NCBI GenBank assembly: GCA_964247055.1
Contig: OZ176051.1
Coordinates: 13,082,001-13,146,000, forward strand
Direction of reading: 5' to 3'
DNA: 64,000 bases
DNA from: Paragordius varius
Lineage: Eukaryota; Animalia; Nematomorpha
A program made the position numbers and the translations under genes. How positions within the stretch are numbered: the first letter of the stretch is position 1; each line of letters starts with the position of its first letter. The notes under the pieces are model-generated. The model saw nothing but the letters and a program-made list of their open reading frames with translations. It had not been told where the DNA came from and did not search any database. Shown one piece after another: positions 1-15,000 of the stretch.

Positions 1-3000
1 AGATATTGAAGATAAGGAAATAGTATATAATATATGTTAACATTGTATAGAAACAAATCGAACAATTACAAAATGGAATCAAAATTACGACTAATGACGG
101 CAATGAAAAAATTATCGAAAATGCTTTTGTCATTCGCGCTAACAAAGATGTTTTCGAAGTTTCTGGGGACAAACACAAGCTCAATATTGTCTTGATTGAC
201 TGTGCAAGTAAGATTCATAATGAAATATCGAAAAATATTGTTATCAGTAAATAGTTGTTTCATGCATTTATATTTGTTTTTCATATTAATACAGATGTAA
301 CGACAACAGGTATTTCTTGATTTTATTAATTTTTTAGTTGTGACGCCAACGACGACAGGATCACCTTTCAATACAACAACGGCTTCAACACCTATAACCA
401 CACCATCGGGACAAACAACTCCCTCTGGTCAAACGACTCCATCAGGTGAAACAACTCCATCTGGTGTAACTACACCATCTGGTGTTACAACGCCTTCAGG
501 GGAAACCACGCCCTCTGGAGCAACAACCCCATCTGGTCAAACAACTCCTTCCGGCTTAACGACACCTTCTGGTGCAACGACTCCATCTGGTGTTACAACG
601 CCTTCAGGAGCTACCACGCCATCTGGACAAACAACTCCATCAGGACAAACTACACCATCAGGAGCTACAACGCCATCAGGTGAAACTACACCTTCTGGAC
701 AAACAACTCCTTCCGGTCAAACCACTCCATCAGGTGCTACAACGCCTTCAGGAGAAACAACGCCATCCGGGCAAACAACTCCATCTGGTCAAACAACTCC
801 TTCAGGTCAAACTACACCATCAGGAGTGACCACACCATCGGGTGAAACTACACCCTCTGGTCAAACAACGCCGTCTGGTGAAACGACTCCATCAGGTGTA
901 ACTACACCTTCCGGTCAAACAACGCCATCAGGTCAAACCACTCCTTCAGGTCAAACTACACCATCTGGTCAAACCACTCCATCAGGTGCTACTACGCCCT
1001 CTGGTCAAACAACTCCATCAGGTGCTACTACACCTTCCGGTCAAACAACGCCATCCGGTCAAACAACTCCATCCGGTCAAACCACTCCTTCAGGTCAAAC
1101 CACTCCTTCAGGTCAAACCACTCCATCAGGTGCCACAACGCCTTCAGGAGAAACAACGCCATCCGGTCAAACAACTCCATCTGGTCAAACAACTCCTTCA
1201 GGTCAAACTACACCATCAGGAGTGACCACACCATCGGGTGAAACTACACCCTCTGGTCAAACAACGCCGTCTGGTGAAACGACTCCTTCAGGTGCAACTA
1301 CACCTTCCGGTCAAACAACGCCATCCGGTCAAACCACTCCTTCAGGTCAAACTACACCATCTGGTCAAACCACTCCATCAGGTGCTACTACGCCCTCTGG
1401 TCAAACAACTCCATCAGGTGCTACTACACCTTCCGGTCAAACAACTCCATCCGGTCAAACAACTCCTTCAGGTCAAACTACACCATCTGGTCAAACCACT
1501 CCATCAGGTGCTACAACGCCTTCAGGAGAAACAACGCCATCCGGTCAAACAACTACTTCAGGTCAAACTACACCATCAAGAGTGACCACACCATCGGGTG
1601 AAACTACACCCTCTGGTCAAACAACGCCGTCTGGTGAAACGACTCCTTCAGGTGCAACTACACCTTCCGGTCAAACAACGCCATCCGGTCAAACCACTCC
1701 TTCAGGTCAAACTACACCATCTGGTCAAACCACTCCATCAGGTGCTACTACGCCCTCTGGTCAAACAACTCCATCAGGTGCTACTACACCTTCCAGTCAA
1801 ACAACTCCATCCGGTCAAACAACTCCTTCAGGTCAAACTACACCATCTGGTCAAACCACTCCATCAGGTGCTACAACGCCTTCAGGAGAAACAACGCCAT
1901 CCGGTCAAACAACTCCATCTGGTCAAACAACTCCTTCAGGTCAAACTACACCATCAGGAGTGACCACGCCATCGGGTGAAACCACTCCATCAGGTGCTAC
2001 TACGCCTTCTGGTCAAACAACTCCATCAGGTGCTACTACGCCTTCAGGTCAAACAACACCATCTGGTCAAACCACTCCATCAGGTGCTACTACGCCTTCT
2101 GGGGAAACAACGCCATCCGGTCAAACAACTCCATCTGGTCAAACAACTCCCTCAGGTCAAACTACACCATCTGGTGTAACCACTCCATCAGGTGCAACTA
2201 CACCTTCCGGTCAAACAACTCCATCTGGTCAAACAACTCCCTCAGGTCAAACTACACCATCTGGTGTAACCACTCCATCAGGTGCAACTACACCTTCCGG
2301 TCAAACAACTCCATCTGGTGAAACAACTCCTTCAGGACAAACCACTCCATCTGGCCAAACTACACCTTCTGGTGAAACCACTCCATCTGGTCAAACAACG
2401 CCCTCTGGTCAAACGACTCCATCAGGTGAAACTACTCCATCTGGTGTGACTACACCATCTGGTCAAACAACTCCTTCAGGACAAACCACTCCATCTGTTG
2501 TTACAACGCCATCCGGTCAAACAACTCCATCTGGTCAAACAACTCCCTCAGGGCAAACTACACCATCTGGTGTAACCACTCCATCAGGTGCAACTACACC
2601 TTCCGGTCAAACAACTCCATCTGGTGAAACAACTCCTTCAGGACAAACTACACCATCCGGAGCTACCACGCTATCGGGTGCAACTACACCTTCCGGTCAA
2701 ACAACACCATCTGGTCAAACGACTCCTTCAGGTCAAACCACACCATCTGGCCAAACTACACCTTCTGGTGTAACCACTCCATCTGGTCAAACAACGCCCT
2801 CCGGTCAAACGACTCCATCAGGTGAAACTACTCCATCTGGTGTAACTACACCATCTGGTCAAACAACTCCTTCAGGACAAACCACTCCATCTGGTGATAC
2901 AACGCCTTCCGGAGCTACCACGCCATCCGGTGAAACTACGCCTTCTGGACAAACCACTCCATCAGGTGCTACTACACCTTCCGGTCAAACTACCCCATCT

Positions 3001-6000
3001 GGTGCAACAACACCATCTGGTGAAACAACGCCCTCCGGTCAAACCACTCCATCAGGTGTAACGACGCCATCCGGACAAACAACTACTTGTCCGCCAAGTA
3101 TTAAAAATATTTTTATAAAATTTTAGCCATTGATATATGTGAATTGGTGACGGAAAACGGTAATTACAGTTTGAGTGACTTAGTTGGGTGCACGTCTCCC
3201 TCTTGCAAGTATATTTACCTTTCTAAAAATTTATTAGGGATGATATTTATTTGGAACGCGATGGCGACAAAATTATATGGCCAATTGACAATCAAGACAT
3301 CTTTGGTGTATTTAATCCATCTGACGAAGACCAAGAAGAATTATATCAAACTCTCACCATTCTTTTCTACCTTAAAACAAAATTCAATCTTACATTTATT
3401 GCGGATAGCAATGTAAGTCATATTACACAAACATTTATAAATATGAAATGTAAAACGTCCAATATATATGACATAATTTTTTTGAATATTTAGCTTGTAT
3501 TGGTAACAAAACCAAACATCACGGATTACAATGAAATAGCAATTTGCAGTCTTTTCATTGAAAAGGATATCTATTCTGATTGCCTGTACCCACAAGATAT
3601 TGAAGATGAGGAAATAGTATATAATATATGTTAACATTGTATAGAAACAAATCGAACAATTACAAAATGGAATCAAAATTACGACTAATGACGGCAATGA
3701 AAAAATTATCGAAAATGCTTTTGTCATTCGCGCTAACAAAGATGTTTTCGAAGTTTCTGGGGACAAACACAAGCTCAATATTGTCTTGATTGACTGTGCA
3801 AGTAAGATTCATAATGAAATATCGAAAAATATTGTTATCAGTAAATAGTTGTTTCATGCATTTATATTTGTTTTTCATATTAATACAGATGTAACGACAA
3901 CAGGTATTTCTTGATTTTATTAATTTTTTAGTTGTGACGCCAACGACGACAGGATCACCTTTCAATACAACAACAACGGCTTCAACACCTATAACCACAC
4001 CATCGGGACAAACAACTCCCTCTGGTCAAACGACTCCATCAGGTGAAACAACTCCATCTGGTGTAACTACACCATCTGGTGTTACAACGCCTTCAGGGGA
4101 AACCACGCCCTCTGGAGCAACAACCCCATCTGGTCAAACAACTCCTTCCGGCTTAACGACACCTTCTGGTGCAACGACTCCATCTGGTGTTACAACGCCT
4201 TCAGGAGCTACCACGCCATCTGGACAAACAACTCCATCAGGACAAACTACACCATCAGGAGCTACAACGCCATCAGGTGAAACTACACCTTCTGGACAAA
4301 CAACTCCTTCCGGTCAAACCACTCCATCAGGTGCTACAACGCCTTCAGGAGAAACAACGCCATCCGGGCAAACAACTCCATCTGGTCAAACAACTCCTTC
4401 AGGTCAAACTACACCATCAGGAGTGACCACACCATCGGGTGAAACTACACCCTCTGGTCAAACAACGCCGTCTGGTGAAACGACTCCATCAGGTGTAACT
4501 ACACCTTCCGGTCAAACAACGCCATCAGGTCAAACCACTCCTTCAGGTCAAACTACACCATCTGGTCAAACCACTCCATCAGGTGCTACTACGCCCTCTG
4601 GTCAAACAACTCCATCAGGTGCTACTACACCTTCCGGTCAAACAACTCCATCCGGTCAAACAACTCCTTCAGGTCAAACTACACCATCTGGTCAAACCAC
4701 TCCATCAGGTGCTACAACGCCTTCAGGAGAAACAACGCCATCCGGTCAAACAACTCCATCTGGTCAAACAACTCCTTCAGGTCAAACTACACCATCAGGA
4801 GTGACCACACCATCGGGTGAAACTACACCCTCTGGTCAAACAACGCCGTCTGGTGAAACGACTCCTTCAGGTGCAACTACACCTTCCGGTCAAACAACGC
4901 CATCCGGTCAAACCACTCCTTCAGGTCAAACTACACCATCTGGTCAAACCACTCCATCAGGTGCTACTACGCCCTCTGGTCAAACAACTCCATCAGGTGC
5001 TACTACACCTTCCGGTCAAACAACTCCATCCGGCCAAACAACTCCTTCAGGTCAAACTACACCATCTGGTCAAACCACTCCATCAGGTGCTACAACGCCT
5101 TCAGGAGAAACAACGCCATCCGGTCAAACAACTCCATCTGGTCAAACAACTCCTTCAGGTCAAACTACACCATCAGGAGTGACCACGCCATCGGGTGAAA
5201 CCACTCCATCAGGTGCTACAACGCCTTCAGGAGAAACTACGCCATCCGGTCAAACAACTCCATCTGGTCAAACAACTCCTTCAGGTCAAACTACACCATC
5301 AGGTGCTACTACGCCTTCTGGGGAAACAACGCCATCCGGTCAAACAACTCCATCTGGTCAAACAACTCCCTCAGGTCAAACTACACCATCTGGTGTAACC
5401 ACTCCATCAGGTGCAACTACACCTTCCGGTCAAACAACTCCATCTGGTCAAACAACTCCCTCAGGTCAAACTACACCATCTGGTGTAACCACTCCATCAG
5501 GTGCAACTACACCTTCCGGTCAAACAACTCCATCTGGTGAAACAACTCCTTCAGGACAAACCACTCCATCTGGCCAAACTACACCTTCTGGTGAAACCAC
5601 TCCATCTGGTCAAACAACGCCCTCTGGTCAAACAACTCCATCCGGCCAAACAACTCCTTCAGGTCAAACTACACCATCTGGTCAAACCACTCCATCAGGT
5701 GCTACAACGCCTTCAGGAGAAACAACGCCATCCGGTCAAACAACTCCATCTGGTCAAACAACTCCTTCAGGTCAAACTACACCATCAGGAGTGACCACGC
5801 CATCGGGTGAAACCACTCCATCAGGTGCTACAACGCCTTCAGGAGAAACTACGCCATCCGGTCAAACAACTCCATCTGGTCAAACAACTCCTTCAGGTCA
5901 AACTACACCATCAGGTGCTACTACGCCTTCTGGGGAAACAACGCCATCCGGTCAAACAACTCCATCTGGTCAAACAACTCCCTCAGGTCAAACTACACCA

Positions 6001-9000
6001 TCTGGTGTAACCACTCCATCAGGTGCAACTACACCTTCCGGTCAAACAACTCCATCTGGTCAAACAACTCCCTCAGGTCAAACTACACCATCTGGTGTAA
6101 CCACTCCATCAGGTGCAACTACACCTTCCGGTCAAACAACTCCATCTGGTGAAACAACTCCTTCAGGACAAACCACTCCATCTGGCCAAACTACACCTTC
6201 TGGTGAAACCACTCCATCTGGTCAAACAACGCCCTCTGGTCAAACGACTCCATCAGGTGAAACTACTCCATCTGGTGTGACTACACCATCTGGTCGAACA
6301 ACTCCTTCAGGACAAACCACTCCATCTGGTGTTACAACGCCATCCGGTCAAACAACTCCCTCAGGGCAAACTACACCATCTGGTGCCACCACTCCATCAG
6401 GTGCAACTACACCTTCCGGTCAAACAACTCCATCTGGTGAAACAACTCCTTCAGGACAAACTACACCATCCGGAGCTACCACGCCATCGGGTGCAACTAC
6501 ACCTTCCGGTCAAACAACACCATCTGGTCAAACGACTCCTTCAGGTCAAACCACACCATCTGGCCAAACTACACCTTCTGGTGTAACCACTCCATCTGGT
6601 CAAACAACGCCCTCCGGTCAAACCACTCCATCAGGTGAAAGTACTCCATCTAGTGTAACTACACCATCTGGTCAAACAACTCCTTCAGGACAAACCACTC
6701 CATCTGGTGTTACAACGCCTTCCGGAGCTACCACGCCATCCGGTGAAACTACGCCTTCTGGACAAACCACTCCATCAGGTGCTACTACACCTTCCGGTCA
6801 AACTACCCCATCTGGTGCAACAACACCATCTGGTGAAACAACGCCCTCCGGTCAAACCACTCCATCAGGTGTAACGACGCCATCCGGACAAACAACTACT
6901 TGTCCGCCAAGTATTAAAAATATTTTTATAAAATTTTAGCCATTGATATATGTGAATTGGTGACGGAAAACGGTAATTACAGTTTGAGTGACTTAGTTGG
7001 GTGCACGTCTCCCTCTTGCAAGTATATTTACCTTTCTAAAAATTTATTAGGGATGATATTTATTTGGAACGCGATGGCGACAAAATTATATGGCCAATTG
7101 ACAATCAAGACATCTTTGGTGTATTTAATCCATCTGACGAAGACCAAGAAGAATTATATCAAACTCTCACCATTCTTTTCTACCTTAAAACAAAATTCAA
7201 TCTTACATTTATTGCGGATAGCAATGTAAGTCATATTACACAAACATTTATAAATATGAAATGTAAAACGTCCAATATATATGACATAAATTTTTTGTAT
7301 ATTTAGCTTGTATTGGTAACAAAACCAAACATCACGGATTACAATGAAATAGCAATTTGCAGTCTTTTCATTGAAAAGGATATCTATTCTGATTGCCTGT
7401 ACCCACAAGATATTGAAGATAAGGAAATAGTATATAATATATGTTTACATTGTATAGAAACAAATCGAACAATTACAAAATGGAATCAAAATTACGACTA
7501 ATGACGGCAATGAAAAAATTATCGAAAATGCTTTTGTCATTCGCGCTAACAAAGATGTTTTCGAAATTTCTGGGGACAAACACAAGCTCAATATTGTCTT
7601 GATTGACTGTGCAAGTAAGATTCATAATGAAATATCGAAAAATATTGTTATCAGTAAATAGTTGTTTCATGCATTTATATTTGTTTTTCATATTAATACA
7701 GATGTAACGACAACAGGTATTTCTTGATTTTATTAATTTTTTAGTTGTGATGCCAACGACGACAGGATCACCTTTCAATACAACAACAACGGCTTCAACA
7801 CCTATAACCACACCATCGGGACAAACAACTCCCTCTGGTCAAACGACTCCATCAGGTGAAACAACTCCATCTGGTGTAACTACACCATCTGGTGTTACAA
7901 CGCCTTCAGGGGAAACCACGCCCTCTGGAGCAACAACCCCATCTGGTCAAACAACTCCTTCCGGCTTAACGACACCTTCTGGTGCAACGACTCCATCTGG
8001 TGTTACAACGCCTTCAGGAGCTACCACGCCATCTGGACAAACAACTCCATCAGGACAAACTACACCATCAGGAGCTACAACGCCATCAGGTGAAACTACA
8101 CCTTCTGGACAAACAACTCCTTCCGGTCAAACCACTCCATCAGGTGCTACAACGCCTTCAGGAGAAACAACGCCATCCGGGCAAACAACTCCATCTGGTC
8201 AAACAACTCCTTCAGGTCAAACTACACCATCAGGAGTGACCACACCATCGGGTGAAACTACACCCTCTGGTCAAACAACGCCGTCTGGTGAAACGACTCC
8301 ATCAGGTGTAACTACACCTTCCGGTCAAACAACGCCATCAGGTCAAACCACTCCTTCAGGTCAAACTACACCATCTGGTCAAACCACTCCATCAGGTGCT
8401 ACTACGCCCTCTGGTCAAACAACTCCATCAGGTGCTACTACACCTTCCGGTCAAACAACTCCATCCGGTCAAACAACTCCTTCAGGTCAAACTACACCAT
8501 CTGGTCAAACCACTCCATCAGGTGCTACAACGCCTTCAGGAGAAACAACGCCATCCGGTCAAACAACTCCATCTGGTCAAACAACTCCTTCAGGTCAAAC
8601 TACACCATCAGGAGTGACCACACCATCGGGTGAAACTACACCCTCTGGTCAAACAACGCCGTCTGGTGAAACGACTCCTTCAGGTGCAACTACACCTTCC
8701 GGTCAAACAACGCCATCCGGTCAAACCACTCCTTCAGGTCAAACTACACCATCTGGTCAAACCACTCCATCAGGTGCTACTACGCCCTCTGGTCAAACAA
8801 CTCCATCAGGTGCTACTACACCTTCCGGTCAAACAACTCCATCCGGCCAAACAACTCCTTCAGGTCAAACTACACCATCTGGTCAAACCACTCCATCAGG
8901 TGCTACAACGCCTTCAGGAGAAACAACGCCATCCGGTCAAACAACTCCATCTGGTCAAACAACTCCTTCAGGTCAAACTACACCATCAGGAGTGACCACG

Positions 9001-12000
9001 CCATCGGGTGAAACCACTCCATCAGGTGCTACAACGCCTTCAGGAGAAACTACGCCATCCGGTCAAACAACTCCATCTGGTCAAACAACTCCTTCAGGTC
9101 AAACTACACCATCAGGTGCTACTACGCCTTCTGGGGAAACAACGCCATCCGGTCAAACAACTCCATCTGGTCAAACAACTCCCTCAGGTCAAACTACACC
9201 ATCTGGTGTAACCACTCCATCAGGTGCAACTACACCTTCCGGTCAAACAACTCCATCTGGTCAAACAACTCCCTCAGGTCAAACTACACCATCTGGTGTA
9301 ACCACTCCATCAGGTGCAACTACACCTTCCGGTCAAACAACTCCATCTGGTGAAACAACTCCTTCAGGACAAACCACTCCATCTGGCCAAACTACACCTT
9401 CTGGTGAAACCACTCCATCTGGTCAAACAACGCCCTCTGGTCAAACGACTCCATCAGGTGAAACTACTCCATCTGGTGTGACTACACCATCTGGTCAAAC
9501 AACTCCTTCAGGACAAACCACTCCATCTGGTGTTACAACGCCATCCGGTCAAACAACTCCCTCAGGGCAAACTACACCATCTGGTGTAACCACTCCATCA
9601 GGTGCAACTACACCTTCCGGTCAAACAACTCCATCTGGTGAAACAACTCCTTCAGGACAAACTACACCATCCGGAGCTACCACGCCATCGGGTGCAACTA
9701 CACCTTCCGGTCAAACAACACCATCTGGTCAAACGACTCCTTCAGGTCAAACCACACCATCTGGCCAAACTACACCTTCTGGTGTAACCACTCCATCTGG
9801 TCAAACAACGCCCTCCGGTCAAACCACTCCATCAGGTGAAAGTACTCCATCTAGTGTAACTACACCATCTGGTCAAACAACTCCTTCAGGACAAACCACT
9901 CCATCTGGTGTTACAACGCCTTCCGGAGCTACCACGCCATCCGGTGAAACTACGCCTTCTGGACAAACCACTCCATCAGGTGCTACTACACCTTCCGGTC
10001 AAACTACCCCATCTGGTGCAACAACACCATCTGGTGAAACAACGCCCTCCGGTCAAACCACTCCATCAGGTGTAACGACGCCATCCGGACAAACAACTAC
10101 TTGTCCGCCAAGTATTAAAAATATTTTTATAAAATTTTAGCCATTGATATATGTGAATTGGTGACGGAAAACGGTAATTACAGTTTGAGTGACTTAGTTG
10201 GGTGCACGTCTCCCTCTTGCAAGTATATTTACCTTTCTAAAAATTTATTAGGGATGATATTTATTTGGAACGCGATGGCGACAAAATTATATGGCCAATT
10301 GACAATCAAGACATCTTTGGTGTATTTAATCCATCTGACGAAGACCAAGAAGAATTATATCAAACTCTCACCATTCTTTTCTACCTTAAAACAAAATTCA
10401 ATCTTACATTTATTGCGGATAGCAATGTAAGTCATATTACACAAACATTTATAAATATGAAATGTAAAACGTCCAATATATATGACATAAATTTTTTGTA
10501 TATTTAGCTTGTATTGGTAACAAAACCAAACATCACGGATTACAATGAAATAGCAATTTGCAGTCTTTTCATTGAAAAGGATATCTATTCTGATTGCCTG
10601 TACCCACAAGATATTGAAGATAAGGAAATAGTATATAATATATGTTTACATTGTATAGAAACAAATCGAACAATTACAAAATGGAATCAAAATTACGACT
10701 AATGACGGCAATGAAAAAATTATCGAAAATGCTTTTGTCATTCGCGCTAACAAAGATGTTTTCGAAATTTCTGGGGACAAACACAAGCTCAATATTGTCT
10801 TGATTGACTGTGCAAGTAAGATTCATAATGAAATATCGAAAAATATTGTTATCAGTAAATAGTTGTTTCATGCATTTATATTTGTTTTTCATATTAATAC
10901 AGATGTAACGACAACAGGTATTTCTTGATTTTATTAATTTTTTAGTTGTGACGCCAACGACGACAGGATCACCTTTCAATACAACAACAACGGCTTCAAC
11001 ACCTATAACCACACCATCGGGACAAACAACTCCCTCTGGTCAAACGACTCCATCAGGTGAAACAACTCCATCTGGTGTAACTACACCATCTGGTGTTACA
11101 ACGCCTTCAGGGGAAACCACGCCCTCTGGAGCAACAACCCCATCTGGTCAAACAACTCCTTCCGGCTTAACGACACCTTCTGGTGCAACGACTCCATCTG
11201 GTGTTACAACGCCTTCAGGAGCTACCACGCCATCTGGACAAACAACTCCATCAGGACAAACTACACCATCAGGAGCTACAACGCCATCAGGTGAAACTAC
11301 ACCTTCTGGACAAACAACTCCTTCCGGTCAAACCACTCCATCAGGTGCTACAACGCCTTCAGGAGAAACAACGCCATCCGGGCAAACAACTCCATCTGGT
11401 CAAACAACTCCTTCAGGTCAAACTACACCATCAGGAGTGACCACACCATCGGGTGAAACTACACCCTCTGGTCAAACAACGCCGTCTGGTGAAACGACTC
11501 CATCAGGTGTAACTACACCTTCCGGTCAAACAACGCCATCAGGTCAAACCACTCCTTCAGGTCAAACTACACCATCTGGTCAAACCACTCCATCAGGTGC
11601 TACTACGCCCTCTGGTCAAACAACTCCATCAGGTGCTACTACACCTTCCGGTCAAACAACGCCATCCGGTCAAACAACTCCATCCGGTACCACTCCTTCA
11701 GGTCAAACCACTCCTTCAGGTCAAACCACTCCATCAGGTGCCACAACGCCTTCAGGAGAAACAACGCCATCCGGTCAAACAACTCCATCTGGTCAAACAA
11801 CTCCTTCAGGTCAAACTACACCATCAGGAGTGACCACGCCATCGGGTGAAACCACTCCATCAGGTGCTACTACGCCTTCTGGTCAAACAACTCCATCAGG
11901 TGCTAGTACGCCTTCAGGTCAAACAACACCATCTGGTCAAACCACTCCATCAGGTGCTACTACGCCTTCTGGGGAAACAACGCCATCTGGTCAAACAACT

Positions 12001-15000
12001 CCATCTGGTCAAACAACTCCCTCAGGTCAAACTACACCATCTGGTGTAACCACTCCATCAGGTGCAACTACACCTTCCGGTCAAACAACTCCATCTGGTG
12101 AAACAACTCCCTCAGGTCAAACTACACCATCTGGCCAAACTACACCTTCTGGTGAAACCACTCCATCTGGTCAAACAACTCCTTCAGGTCAAACTACACC
12201 ATCTGGTCAAACCACTCCATCAGGTGCTACAACGCCTTCAGGAGAAACAACGCCATCCGGTCAAACAACTCCATCTGGTCAAACAACTCCTTCAGGTCAA
12301 ACTACACCATCAGGAGTGACCACGCCATCGGGTGAAACCACTCCATCAGGTGCTACTACGCCTTCTGGTCAAACAACTCCATCAGGTGCTAGTACGCCTT
12401 CAGGTCAAACAACACCATCTGGTCAAACCACTCCATCAGGTGCTACTACGCCTTCTGGGGAAACAACGCCATCTGGTCAAACAACTCCACCTGCTCAAAC
12501 AACTCCCTCAGGTCAAACTACACCATCTGGTGTAACCACTCCATCAGGTGCAACTACACCTTCCGGTCAAACAACTCCATCTGGTGAAACAACTCCTTCA
12601 GGACAAACCACACCATCTGGCCAAACTACACCTTCTGGTGAAACCACTCCATCTGGTCAAACAACGCCCTCTGGTCAAACGACTCCATCAGGTGAAACTA
12701 CTCCATCTGGTGTGACTACACCATCTGGTCAAACAACTCCTTCAGGACAAACCACTCCATCTGGTGTTACAACGCCATCCGGTCAAACAACTCCATCTGG
12801 TCAAACAACTCCCTCAGGTCAAACTACACCATCTGGTGTAACCACTCCATCAGGTGCAACTACACCTTCCGGTCAAACAACTCCATCTGGTGAAACAACT
12901 CCTTCAGGACAAACTACACCATCCGGAGCTACCACGCCATCGGGTGCAACTACACCTTCCGGTCAAACAACACCATCTGGTCAAACGACTCCTTCAGGTC
13001 AAACCACACCATCTGGCCAAACTACTCCATCTGGTGTAACTACACCATCTGGTCAAACAACTCCTTCAGGACAAACCACTCCATCTGGTGTTACAACGCC
13101 TTCCGGAGCTACCACGCCATCCGGTGAAACTACGCCTTCTGGACAAACCACTCCATCAGGTTCTACTACACCTTCCGGTCAAACTACCCCATCTGGTGCA
13201 ACAACACCATCTGGTGAAACAACGCCCTCCGGTCAAACAACTACTTGTCCGCCAAGTATTAAAAATATTTTTATAAAATTTTAGCCATTGATATATGTGA
13301 ATTGGTAACGGAAAACGGTAATTACAGTTTGAGTGACTTAGTCGGGTGCACGTCTCCCTCTTGCAAGTATATTTACCTTTCTAAAAATTTATTAGGGATG
13401 ATATTTATTTGAAACGCGATGGCGACAAAATTATATGGCCGATTGATCAAATAATTGTTGATAATTCTGACGACGAACATTCACATTTTTATGAAACTTT
13501 AACGATTCTATTTTACTTAAAATCCAAATTCCCGATCTCATTTATTGCCGATAGTGACGTAATTATTTATAATACTTATTTACTTTTATAATTGTTTTAA
13601 AAATATCACTATGTATCACATGGTGTCCAACAATTTTTTAGTCATGATACACTCAACATAAAAATTAACAATAGAGCATACACTACTCAGACCTTAATTT
13701 GGAAAATTATTTATCAGTACTAATATGAACATTCATTTACAATTTGCAATTTAAATACCTTATTGCTTTCGAAATTATAGTTGGTGAATTGGTAACACAG
13801 TCATTTATAAAAAAAACAGAATGTGTATAAAATAAACAATAATTAAAATGGAACAAGTTTCTTCATTTGTTGTTTTTTCCCAATGACTAACTATAATTTG
13901 AATAAGCCAGCTTTGAAATGACTGTAGTTATTTTAAAAAATGGGCTACATAAAAGGAATGCTAAGCATCTTATTTTTTTAAAGACCACCTATGATATTGT
14001 TCCCAATATAAAATGCCTTTATGTCCTATGGTTCCTTAATGTGTTTATAAATAAATGAAGCCTTACTCTCTAGATTTTTCGTTATATCGGACAAACTGAC
14101 ATATGAATTTTTTATTATGATAAAATATATTTAATATTTTGTTATCAAGAAGCAATTATTAATATACATTTTAATGTTATTCGAAATTTCCAAATCACGC
14201 CTTTTAATATTAAATATTTCACAAACGGATAAAAACCACTTAATTTATTTTATAAAATATTGTGTTGATTACCTCCAATAGATATAATAGATGAAATATA
14301 ATTTAAAACTTTACTGTGAGATGATAGTCACTACAATATAACTTATGATATAATGGTATATTCCGTTTCGAAGAGTATGTACACAGTATTTAACTGATTA
14401 ATTACCTATTTAACAATTTTAGAGCGCTTTACTTTACGCATTCCTTTTTCTTAAATGATTCGGATCGTAAAGCATGGCCTAAATATTTCAAATAAGTAAG
14501 TTATCGAATAATATAAAATCCGGGTTTGTTAATTTTAGGTTATATGAATTTGACATTAAATTTTCCGAAAATTACAAAGATTCTTTGATACCACATTTTT
14601 CGCAAATTTTTGATTTAAAGCCATAAAAATGGTCACTGTATAAACCATGACTTTTAAAATTTGGAAGATAAATTAATAACGGGAGAATCCAAATTTCGTT
14701 CGCTTAGGGGCGTAATGCTGCGGGAAGGTTGTCAGATTCCGAATTACTGTAATAATAGATTCTAGTTATATATGTTAGCATGTCATTTAATAAAGGGTCT
14801 TCGAACCAAATGTATGCTTCGATTATTATTCCTAATGTTGTTTAAAAGGATAGTCTAAAACAGTGTATCGGCAAAGAATATGCCTACAATGTTGTATTTT
14901 TAATTAAAGCTTTAATTAAATTGAATAACCAGAAAGAGAACACTGCCTTGCTATTCATGATAAAAAAAGAATATGTGACAAAGATATTTCGTTGATATTT

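Noticed and set aside
66-11012. Minus-strand ORFs 66-401, 3341-3778, 3660-3998, 7154-7408, 7473-7811, 10355-10609, 10674-11012 and plus-strand 3144-3416 type ORFs
   Set aside because: Antisense to, or reading through introns of, the mucin exons; they recur only because the unit is duplicated.
338-13255. CRISPR or satellite interpretation of the 18-nt array
   Set aside because: No unique spacers and no cas genes; variation is synonymous and frame-preserving, and the array sits in spliced exons.
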